In this document: one piece after another, positions 40,814-51,379 of the stretch | Position numbering within the stretch: the stretch's first letter is position 1 | Layout: every line of letters starts with the position of its first letter | Source of the DNA: Octopus sinensis | Taxonomy: Eukaryota | Reading direction: 5' to 3' | NCBI RefSeq assembly: GCF_006345805.1 | Contig: NC_043012.1 | Coordinates: forward strand, 13,640,001 to 13,704,000 | DNA: 64,000 nucleotides | Made by a program: the position numbers and the translations under genes | Notes under the pieces: generated by a model | The model's input: only the letters and a program-made list of their open reading frames with translations | Database searches by the model: none | What the model was told of the DNA's origin: nothing

Positions 40814-40823
<10 letters not shown>
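39961..40823. repeat. Tandem duplication, period 513 bp, with an apparently identical ~350-bp unique core (39961-40310 and 40474-40823)
   Basis: AGTTAGAGGTTCAGCAACAATC...ACATACATGT appears twice, separated by (TA)n(TG)n tracts. Confidence 0.9.
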
Positions 40824-40856
<33 letters not shown>

Positions 40857-40866
40857 TATATTTATA

Positions 40867-40982
<116 letters not shown>

Positions 40983-40992
40983 TATATCTATA

Positions 40993-41155
40993 TAGGCGCA
41001 GGAATGGCCTGGTGGTAAGTAGCTTACTTCCCAAACACATATTTTCGGGTTCAGTCTCATTGCGTGGCACCTTGGCCAAGTGTCTTCTACTATAGTATTG
41101 TGAGTGGATTTGGTAAACGGAAACTGAAAAAAGCACGCCATATATATATGTGTAA

Positions 41156-41186
<31 letters not shown>

Positions 41187-41405
41187 ACGTGTGTGTGTTT
41201 GTATATATGTTTGTGTGTCTATTTGTCGACCCTCCGTAACTTGACAACCGATGCTGGTGTGTTTACATTCCTGTAAATTAACAGTTCGGCAACAGACACC
41301 GATAGAATAAGTAGTAGTCTTATACCAATAAGCCCTCAGGTTGATTTGTTCGACTAAAGGCGAAGCTCCAACATGGCCGCTGTCAAATGACTGTAACAAA
41401 TGAAA
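40993..41405 (+). mobile_element. SINE family A, near full length
   Basis: AGGCGCAGGAATGGCCTGGTGGTAAG head, GCGTGGCACCTTGGCCAAG segment and 3' end. Confidence 0.85.
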
Positions 41406-41649
41406 GAATTAAAAAAGACAGTCTACAATTGTTGAGTATATAAACAGGTTGGCAAGTTGCTTCTCTGGGATTGCTCGAATTTATGTAGACACCTGTGATG
41501 AGAATCGATTACGGTAGTTCGATATTTTTCAATCAGCGGAGAAATAGCTAAAATACCCCTGTTTATATATCTATACTCACGCATACACGCACATACATAC
41601 ACACACATATATATATATATATACATACATATACATGTGTGTATATATG

Positions 41650-41711
<62 letters not shown>

Positions 41712-41712
<1 letters not shown>

Positions 41713-43675
41713 CTTTGATAGGTTTCGGCCATTATTGGCCCAGGCATGTCTAACTTAATAGCACCACCTGGTGAAGTCTTTCAAGTCAGAATTTGGGCAC
41801 TATGGCCCACTCAAGTAGAGAGTTATTGTTTACAGAGACATATCCGGGTGTAGGGGGTTTATCCGGGATTTCTTGAAGGAATCTGTCCAAAGACTTCTTG
41901 AACCCTATAGGGTCAGTTTCTGTTTTAATGTGTTTTGGTGTAATGTTAAAGAGAGCGGGGCCAATTGAGGTGAAATAATTGTGCCGTATTGTTGTTATGA
42001 GATGAGAGTGCGATTTTTGTTTTGGGCGGATGGCACGGGGCCCAAGCCTTGGATGTACCTTAAAGGTGATGCCAACATCATTTGGGCAATGCTGATGGAA
42101 TATTTTCCACATCATGCAGATGATGTAGCGCTCACGACGACGTTGGAGAGAATAGAGTTTTAGCTTTTCTAGTCGACCCCAATAGTCGAGGCCTGTCATG
42201 CCATCTATCTTTTTTGTGATTGCCCTTTGAGGTGCTTCAACTTTTATGATACCTTGTATTGTGTGGGGAGACCACAGTGGACAACAGTATTCAAGGTGGG
42301 GTCGGGCAAAAGTGGAGAAGAGAAGGATAATGGTGTGGATATCTCTCGACTGGAAAGTTCTGAGAATCCAGGAACACATTCTGCGGGCCATGTCAACTTT
42401 GGTGTTCATATGAGTGGCCCAGCTTACGTTGTTGTCCACAATTACTCCCAAGTCTCTGATGTTGTTGGACGCCGCGAGAGTTTCACCTGAAGGAAGGGAG
42501 TATGGGAGTTTCAGGGCATCCTCTTTTCCAAAGTGGATTAGCTCAAATTTATCCTCGTTCAGCAGCATATTGTTTTTTTCTGCCCATTGGATAACAGCCA
42601 GTAGATCTGACTGAAGGCATGTCCGGTCACTCGCCTCATTTATGACCTTCTGTAGCTTGGAGTCATCTGCAAAGATTTTTATGTTGCTGTGCTGATGATG
42701 TCATTAATGTCATTAATGTAAATGATGAAAAGAAGTGGGCCCAGCACAGTGCCTTGCGGAACGCCACTACTGACTTTGGCTGGGCTTGATTTTACCCCTT
42801 CAACTACAACATGTTGAGATCTGTCTGTCAGGAAACACTTAATCCATTTCAGTAACTTTCCAGAGACACCAATGTTGGATAGTTTTTTCAATAGGATCTT
42901 GTGATCGACCCTGTCGAAGGCCTTACTGAAATCAAGGTAGATGACATCGGTGTTGGAGCCCTCTCCGAAAGCTCTCAAAATGTCCTCAAAGTGATGCAGG
43001 AGCTGCGTTAGGCAGTCCCTTCCATTACGGAACCCATGTTAGTTGGAGATCAGCCGTCTGTTGCTTTCCAGAAATTGGGTTATTCGAGATCTCACCACCC
43101 TCTCAAATACCTTGATGATATGAGAGGTGAGTGAGATCGGACGGTAATTCACTGCAAGGGACTTGTTTCCCTTTTTGAAAACTGGGACAACAGACTGGGA
43201 CAGAAGGTTTTTTGGAATATAGCCAGCATCCAGTGAGTTTCTCCACAGATTAGCAAGGGGAGATGCAAGTTGGTGTCGACACACCTTCAGGACACAAGCA
43301 GGGAACCTATCGGAGCCTACTGCTGAATTGTGTTTTATTTCGTTTATCGCCGCTAAGACATCAGGGGCACTAAACGTTATGTCCGATATAGTGTGTGGGG
43401 GTTGACATCACTGATACAGCCCAGATCGGCCATATCAGGATTGCTGAAAACAGAGCAGTATTGTTTCTGCAGTATCTCGGCCATGGATTTGGCATTATCT
43501 TGGAGAGTGCCAGTTTCGTCAATTAGAGGGCCTACAGTGGAGACAGTGACCCTGCGTTTCCTCGCAAATGAAAAGAACACTTTGGGGTTGAGTTTGATTT
43601 TTTCAATGGCCCACTTCTCCTCAGCTGATCTTTGGTTATTGATGAGGGTCTTCATGCATTGTTGGAGGTTATATT
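41712..43675 (-). mobile_element. CR1-clade LINE, 5'-truncated, relatively young (RT ORF with a few frameshifts)
   Basis: NYRPISLTSHIIKVFE, VIYLDFSKAFDRVDH, GVPQGTVLGPLLFIIYIND and HLEYCCPLWSPH. 3' stem-loop GGCCA-ATAA-TGGCC. Confidence 0.92.
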
Positions 43676-44061
43676 TTTTGGATATATATATATACGTGTG
43701 TGTGTGTATGTATAATAATAATATGAGGGAATATTATTCCAAACTTACAGGGAAAAATTCACTTTAGAAATACTAAATCAAATTTCACAAAATATTATAT
43801 ATATATAATATATATATATATATATAATATATATATAAATTAGAAAAAGTATATGTATATATGGTTTCAGGTGAACTTTCGTTTCTATTTTTTCACATAT
43901 ATCTTCCAATGAACATATATCAATGCTAAAGTAGAAGAGAAAAAATGCAAGTAATAAATAATGTTTGATCTTACACGTCCCAAATTTCTCTTCCTTTCTG
44001 CGAAGCGCATTCAAATTCACAGCGATTTTCGCAAAATGTCTGTAATTTCACATTCAGATTT

Positions 44062-45294
44062 TTATTCCCGTGGAATAAACAACAAACATGTAAATATTAT
44101 TGAGGTTATGACAGATGTAACAATGCTTAGTTTTAGAAATACGTCATCGAGCCGTACGTAGTCGGATATGCAAAATATTCGTTTCCAATGGGGCTTCTCT
44201 CTGATCAGTGAATCTGATTGTGCCTCGGAAATTGTTGAAATATCTGCAACTTTGTTAGTATGAGATTTATTCAAATTTTGATCTGACGTGTTCGATTTTC
44301 TGAAGGAAGATGACTGATCTACGTACAACTTACTTATAACCACAGAACCAAGTGTAGCGATTCCGCTTAACATTGACAATAGCATTAAATATAACATTAG
44401 CAGTGAAGGATATTTTGTATTGGTCGGAGTAGTTTTATCGATCTGGACAAGGTACAAGACGTTCGATAAAAATATTGTAGTCGCTAGTGAAACTTTTTCC
44501 CCTGATTCAGGAGGCAGAAGGAAAACGAAAATAGTTAAAATAGTCATCATTACTGTTGGAATAAGCATAGCAATAATTCCTACAGTAAGTTTTCGTCGTA
44601 AGTACATCGGTGCAAAAGCGTAACTGAACATGTCGTCCATACCATTCACTTTACCAGTGAAATTGATAGCCCACTTATAGTTTAGTGTAAACTTTGAATC
44701 TCCGTATATGAGTTCCTTTATTCTGGTGTGGTTAATAGTATGCAAAGCGACACACATGTACATTTCGCACGTATGTTCATCAAATGGATAGGTGTAAGCG
44801 TTGACTTGACAATAAGTGTGCAGTAATCTGAATGACCAAAAGTTAGCCCAACCCCTATAAGTAATACTTATTTCACCTACACCATCGCTTTCTTCCGATT
44901 TGTCCATTGAATTGCACATTTTAATAGGTGGCGTCCATATCTTATCTTTGGGTAGATATATACTCGTAATGTTGTTATAGTCCGACGGGTTCCAAGTCAA
45001 CTTTTCATCGTTCCACATTAATCCAAAATAATAGCGTGCCCTTACAATGTTATTTACAAAGTCCAAATCATAAAGCGTTTGAAGGTACAGTAAAGCAGTT
45101 ATATCCACTGCATTGGTCAAATTAATAACTGGTCTTATACTTTTACTATAATTAGCTAACAAATTGTCTCGTAATAGCCTTTCATCGCCATACGTAGGGC
45201 TAGAATTTACTATCGGTACACTCGAAATCAGAATAAAAACAAGATATATCACAAATATCATTGTGTAGTTTACTTCTAAAAAGTGAAATTTCAT
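44062..45294 (-). CDS. CRT1: Chemotactile receptor CRT1 (CR518)-like, single exon; Met12 (45261) is the likely start, giving 399 aa
   Basis: Intact ORF. Long stretches (PTYGDERLL, YLPKDKIWTPPIKMCNSMDKSEE, VALHTINHTRIKELIY, the whole M1-M3) match my recollection of O. bimaculoides CRT1. The orthology is recalled and needs an alignment; the CR family call is supported directly by the motifs. Confidence 0.9.
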   Translation of the reverse strand: MKFHFLEVNYTMIFVIYLVFILISSVPIVNSSPTYGDERLLRDNLLANYSKSIRPVINLTNAVDITALLYLQTLYDLDFVNNIVRARYYFGLMWNDEKLTWNPSDYNNITSIYLPKDKIWTPPIKMCNSMDKSEESDGVGEISITYRGWANFWSFRLLHTYCQVNAYTYPFDEHTCEMYMCVALHTINHTRIKELIYGDSKFTLNYKWAINFTGKVNGMDDMFSYAFAPMYLRRKLTVGIIAMLIPTVMMTILTIFVFLLPPESGEKVSLATTIFLSNVLYLVQIDKTTPTNTKYPSLLMLYLMLLSMLSGIATLGSVVISKLYVDQSSSFRKSNTSDQNLNKSHTNKVADISTISEAQSDSLIREKPHWKRIFCISDYVRLDDVFLKLSIVTSVITSIIFTCLLFIPRE

Positions 45295-47558
45295 TTGGTC
45301 TGTGTTTTATTACTTCCTCATTAATTTTTAGTAATAGAACTTATTTATTAAATTCATGGTGTTGTTGATAAAAAGAAAATATCGTCAGGAGAGCTTCCTA
45401 ACATACACATTATACTTTTATCATACGACAGAGAAAAGGCAAAAATCTGCATATAAAATACAAATTAATAAACTTCACAGAATGCCGATTTTACTGAAAA
45501 ATATGAAAATTCTAATACCTTCACGAAAGGTTTTGTGCTGTCCACTTTGTCAGTATCTATTTGAGTTCTGCGTATGATGAGGAATTTGCAAGGTGTAGAG
45601 GCGCATGCGTTCTGTCAGCGTCACATTTTAAAACTTCCACAAAAATATGTTGGTTGAGGATTTATTATTGTCAGTTAACATGTTGGGTTTCGCATTAGAT
45701 GTTTCAAAGAATGTTATAATTATTGTTTTGTTCCTCTAGCTGTCTTTATCCGTGTGAAGCCGTAGAACGATGTTTTCGTGTGAAAATCAAGAAGAGAATT
45801 CTTTCAAACGTGTGAATCTAAATAATGTGGTAACACATCGAGCTAAATCCGATCGGTGATTTGGTGGCTAAATTCATGCAAAATGGCAATGCTTGGAATA
45901 CAGTCGTCTGCTATAAAAGTCAATGAATTTATACTCGAGGAAAAAGATATAGATGAATATTTAAACAATGGTTGCTGGAGTAGAAACAAAGACGACAGTC
46001 CCGAGATGAAATTACACAAATGTCAATAAAAGCATTAATAATGTAAAGAAAATTTTAATTGCATCAGTAATACTGTACCATATTCAATGTATATGTGTGT
46101 GTGAGTGTGTGTGTGTATATATATAAATATATATATAAATGTATGAGTGTGTATGCGTACGTGAATGCACTCATATGAACATATGCATGCGTTTGTATCG
46201 AACGTTTGACATGCACATATATACTTATGTACGTATTCATTTATGCGTGTGCTTGTGTATCTGTATGTGAGCCTGTGCATGCGTAGACTGATGTCTGAAT
46301 CTGTGCAGATGAGTGCATTCATTTATTGAACGTGAGGAAGGGTTATTGATGAAATTACACGAAATTGTTAGGTTTCATAAGTGTACGGAATGAAATATTA
46401 ACAACTAATTGAAGTAAACAAAGCCAAATGCAGTTCTCCGCTCTTGAGAGCCTCTAGAGACAATTTTCAAAACATTTATTTTGGAGCCGAGATGTAATCT
46501 GCTAATATTGATTCGAAAATGTAACACAAATATATTAGCATTAATAATCTCTTTAGCCGTTACGTGGTGTATTGTTACTAATATATTAATTTTATCATCT
46601 AATCATTGGGAAAACCAAGAATAAATAGCAATTATTATTTTAAAATATGAATTATCTGTTTATGAATTTATACAATGAACGATGTACATAAATTACCTAT
46701 ATAATTATACGAATACATAGATAAAATCTATATAATTGCATAAGCTTACGCTCAATAAATAGGCTATTATTTTCACAGATGAGAGAAGGACAACTTATTT
46801 GGTTTCGATTTCTCATCGGTAGTTTTCAATTTATTAGTCTGAGGGAGATTATAGAATCTGATTTAAATACAGAGTGAGTGAGAGAGAGGAGAGGAACAGA
46901 CAGACAGACAATCAGACAGACGGACACACTGACAGACGGAGACAGAATGAGTATCCTATGATGATACATTAAAAACCGCAATAAAGAGCAGAAACTTCTT
47001 TTATGCGAATACATATGCACACGTAGCTTGAAAATGTGCATAGATTAGAGAAAATAAAAGCAAGGCAGCGTCGTTTTACATAGGTTGTTAAATAAATTCG
47101 ACAGCATTCACGATATCATGAGAGGTTTAACAAGAAAACTTAACTGTGAGGCTGTAAAATATACAAAGTAAAGGACAATGATAGTGCAATTCTAGGTAGA
47201 AGCGATATATTTCTACAATGAGGTTAAATACATCATTACGAGACAAAGATAATAATATATTTTTTTAGCTTCCGAATTTAAAAACACAAGCACAAATATA
47301 AGTACGTGCATTTTCACACGCAACATATATTTATGCAAATAAATACATATATATATACTTTGGTTTTGTGCTGAGTTTTATTTGAGAACATAATCTTTAT
47401 GGAGAATGGCGATTTGACGTCTATATCTAGCATGTTGACTGTCCACTTTTCGTTTTCAGTCCTTAATTGGTATACATATATATTTTAATCTTCGGATTCT
47501 TTTTAATATGCTAGACCACTGGTTTTAATTGATAAATATCAATTTCTACCCTTAATTA

Positions 47559-47595
<37 letters not shown>

Positions 47596-47602
<7 letters not shown>

Positions 47603-47912
47603 ATCACGTGACCGACCAGACAATCAGATGTTGTTACACATCGCTGGTCATAATGCGTTCGCATTGTTTTAGCCTTCGAATGACGCAAACCCCGCTGGCT
47701 AAGCGAGCAGGCCAACAGAAGAAAGAGTGGGAGAAAGAGTGGTGAAAGAGTACAGCAGGGAGTGGTGAAAGAGTACCACCCCCTGCCGGAGCATCGTGGA
47801 GCTTTTTAGGTGTTTTCGCTCAATAAACACTCACAACGCCCGGCCTGGGAATCGAAACCGCGATCCTACGACCGCGAGTTCGCTGCCCTAACTACTGGGC
47901 CATTGCGCCTCC
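47596..47912 (-). mobile_element. tRNA(Arg)-like SINE family C, full length
   Basis: TGGAGGCGCAATGGCCCAGTAGTTAGGGCAGCGAACTCGCGG...GGTTTCGATTCCC head; TCACGTGA repeat tail. Confidence 0.85.
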
Positions 47913-47914
47913 AA

Positions 47915-47947
<33 letters not shown>

Positions 47948-48206
47948 CATGCATGTATATATATATATGTATGGAGAAAAATATACATACGCCCACATAC
48001 ATAGAGAATATATTATTGATAGATGCATAAGTAGTACTAATAGTAAAATGTAATATTTATTGCCCACTTAAAATGGTTTTGCGTTACAACAGAAAATGCA
48101 GGTCCCCTCCTGTTAAGTAACGCAGTATTCTATCTTTTAAGACAACACGAACTTTAAGTGGGATATATATATATATATAAATAATATATATATATATATA
48201 TATATT

Positions 48207-48528
48207 ATGTGAAAAAGAAAGATGAATAATCTTGTAGTAGATTAATCAAAAGTTTAACCGATACCTTAGTAGCAAAAATCACAGCAGTAAACAGCACGGT
48301 TGGAGGTACAACCATCTGGCGTTGCAACCGTGCGTTGGTGCGGATAATTGAAATTAAAACATTATTGGTGAATTGAAGAAATGGAGCTGAACGCAGATTG
48401 AACAGAAATCGTTTTATTTCATTCTACACGTGTTTCGAAAGGCACAAATTACCAAAATCCGATTGAATAATGGGACCATATTGTGTCTTTCTCTTCAGGA
48501 AGAAAAAAGGATTTTCCAACGGATTTCC
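48207..48528 (-). mobile_element. Penelope-derived terminal-repeat element carrying a hammerhead, copy 1
   Basis: About 6 differences from 62633-62935 over ~300 bp. Ends in a (TA)n tract. Confidence 0.8.
48415..48508 (-). ncRNA. Type I hammerhead ribozyme (copy 1)
   Basis: Minus strand TTTTCTTC-CTGAAGA-GAAAGACACAA...TTGTGCCTTTC-GAAA-CACGTG-TA-GAATGAAA: intact core, 11-bp stem II with one mismatch, palindromic stem III, GUA cleavage triplet at 48427-48425. Confidence 0.8.
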
Positions 48529-48982
48529 TTCTACGGCTTCACACGGATAAAGACAGCTAGAGGAACAAAACAATAATTATAACATTCTTTGAAACATCTA
48601 ATGCGAAACCCAACATGTTAACTGACAATAATAAATCCTCAACCAACATATTTTTGTGGAAGTTTTAAAATGTGACGCTGACAGAACGCATGCGCCTCTA
48701 CACCTTGCAAATTCCTCATCATACGCAGAACTCAAATAGATACTGACAAAGTGGACAGCACAAAACCTTTCGTGAAGGTATTAGAATTTTCATATTGTGT
48801 GTGTGTGTGTGTTTAAATGCATGTATAGACTTATACAGACAACCACACAAGTGCGCCCATTCAGAGTCCCAAGCGCATGGACGTGCGCCTATGCAATCAT
48901 TCACACACAGGTGGAAGCAACAGTGGATATACATTTCAGTATATAGTTATATAAATACAGATGCGCATGTGTATATATGTGT

Positions 48983-49013
<31 letters not shown>

Positions 49014-49037
49014 CATATATAAGTGTGTGTGCGTTTA

Positions 49038-49053
<16 letters not shown>

Positions 49054-49068
<15 letters not shown>

Positions 49069-49325
49069 ATTCTGCAGTTTTAGCTCAAAGCTCCGGCCAT
49101 GCTGATGCACCGCCGTTTTGTGCTACACTGTTATTGCGAAGAACCTCGTCTAATATGTGGCATTTGGGGAAGAATGGAGTTTGATGCAGCTACTCTCATT
49201 TGCACCTCTTGCCGTGAGGTAGGTTCATCTGGGGTTCTCGACAGGAAGATGTCCAGCTTTGATTTAAAAACCGCTACATCTACTTTGTGCAAGTTCCTCA
49301 GACTCTTTGGAAGAATATTAAATAT
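49054..49325 (-). mobile_element. CR1-clade LINE 3' end with poly(A)
   Basis: IFNILPKSLRNLHKVDVAVFKSKLDIFLSRTPDEP, then GGCGGTGCATCAGCATGGCC and an A-tail. Confidence 0.8.
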
Positions 49326-49330
49326 ATATA

Positions 49331-49713
49331 TCTCTCTATATATAAACGGCAGTTTGTCTGTGCGTTTTCTGTGTGTCTGTTTTCTCGTATCCTCACCCTG
49401 ACCACGCCTTTCAACCGATTCTGATGAAACTTGACACACACATAGCCCAATGTCATAATTCAAAACTAACGGAGCGAAAATTTTGAAAAGTTCCCCCAGT
49501 TCTGAAAAAAATCGATAAATTCGACATGGGGTCGAGAATCAGAAACCCAAACCGCAGACCGTCTAGGGGACGCAACTCCACCTTTTTTAACTCTCAAAAA
49601 GAATTTACCATCATTTTTTTCCCATTTTTTGCTATTTTTTGGCTATAGCTCTCTAAAAATGCTTTATAGTTACTTCCCTTACAAACCTGAGCAACGCCGG
49701 GCGATACTGCTAG
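49331..49713 (+). mobile_element. Non-autonomous Helitron
   Basis: Starts with TC after A and ends in CTAG before T. Subterminal hairpin CCTGAGCAACGCCGGG; no TSD. Confidence 0.8.
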
Positions 49714-49759
49714 TATATTATATATATGTATACATATATATATATACTTAACTTTGTGT

Positions 49760-50607
49760 GAGTATGTTGTTGTTTGTTCCCTGTCGAGCCATGCCTGGTT
49801 CATAAGGGCTGGTTTTCCTGTTTTATTGACATATAGGTTACCAACCGGTTTTTTTTTCTACGAGAATTACGGACCCCAGATACGAACTCATCTATATGCA
49901 ACAAATCAGAGCTGAATTATCAATCTTATTTATGACCGCATAAGTGATGGGTGGTAAGATAATGTCAGTTGGGTAACGTATGTCGATGCTTATTTTCCCA
50001 TTTTATAATGCTTGTTGTTCTTGTTCTTGCTTCAACCATGGCTGCCTCTGCGTAGTTATTTGTGTTATTTACTTTGTAAAAAGTAAGCGGAAACGTTTGC
50101 TAGCACACCACTTTCTACCCACGTTTTTTCCAATTCACATCTTTACCATATGGCGCCCTAAAAAATCCGATAATAGTCATAGATGAAAATCTATTTAAAT
50201 ACTTCCTTTTTCTGAAATCAGGCATAGCTTAGCGATGGGTCGACTTACAATACCGTTCTTCGTCTTGAGTTTACTTGGTAGAGTGTTTTTATTAACTGGA
50301 CAACAAGGTCAAAGTGAGCTCTGATTGGCTGTATGCAAATGAGTTCATTACTGAAGTCCGCAACTTTTGTGTTAAAAAACAAATTTTGCGGACAGGACGA
50401 CGGTACGTAGCAGCTGAGCTGCTACTTGTAGGACGAAAGAGTGTGAATAAGTTGTGGCAAAAATGCCCGCAGAACTTCACCATTACCTTCTGCTGGAGCC
50501 GCGTGGAGCTTAGTTGTTTCGCTCAAGAAAACAGACATTGCCCGGTCTGAGATTCGAACCCTCGACTGCGTGTCCGCTGCTCTAACTACTAGGCCATGTG
50601 CCTCCAC
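49760..50607 (-). mobile_element. SINE family C variant split by a ~540-bp MITE-like insert (~49849-50388)
   Basis: Head and body at 50389-50607 and tail at 49760-49848. The insert has imperfect inverted termini. Confidence 0.7.
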
Positions 50608-50619
50608 TTGTGTGAGTAT

Positions 50620-51041
50620 TTGTGCAAAAACAATGAGATGCAGAGAGTGAGTTAATGTGCAGCACTATAAATAAATCATTTGTGAAGGTCGGTTACATCG
50701 GCAAGGGTTCTAGTTGATCCAATCAACGTAACAGCCTGCTCATAAAGTTTACGTGCAAAGGGCTGAGCGATCCACAGACACATGTACTCATTAACACAGT
50801 TCACGGAAGGATTCGGCGTGACACAGAAAGTGAAAACGCTGTCACTTTGAAATACAGGTACAACAGAAAGAGTAAGAAAGATCGAGAGAAAGATGCAGTA
50901 GAAGATTCCAGCAGGGTTCGCCATCACACCTTACCGGATATACGTGGATCTCCAGGTGTTTTCGTTCAATCAACACTCACAACACCCGGTCTGGGAGTTA
51001 GCGAGTCCGCTGCCCTAAACAACAGGCCGTTGCGCCTCCAC
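50620..51041 (-). mobile_element. SINE with a family C head and a different body
   Basis: GTGGAGGCGCAACGGCCTG..GGGCAGCGGACTCGC head, followed by a body unlike the other two family C copies. Confidence 0.6.
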
Positions 51042-51091
<50 letters not shown>

Positions 51092-51379
51092 AGGATAAGG
51101 TCGTTAATTTAAAAATAAAATAACGATTTAACAAGTGGTCAGCATGGAAAAAATAAACTTCAAAGGTAATAATTATTAAAATTATAAATTAGGGTATCTA
51201 CGAGATACCACCATGCTGAAAATAGCAGCCATGATCTGACTCTACTGGATAACACACCAATCCCCGTCCTCTTTCTTTCCTCTTTACATATAATCTTGAC
51301 ATTCTCTATTGGGGTGTAGTTCCCTGTTCATTTTCATTAATTTACGTGTTCTCCGGTCTGTCTATTGTAATTCATGTTT

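Larger units (their letters stand above)
45500..48796. repeat. 268-bp inverted repeat pair: 45500-45767 and 48529-48796
   Basis: The two arms are reverse complements with no mismatch seen. The ORF track shows the same peptide MKILIPSRKVLCCPLCQYLFEFCV on opposite strands. Confidence 0.92.

Noticed and set aside
45020-45070. Gene conversion between CR-A and CRT1 in beta2 (both read NNIVxARYxFGL)
   Set aside because: Most synonymous positions differ (ata/att, gtt/gta, gct/gca, cgg/cgc, ggt/gga), so there is no recent conversion tract.
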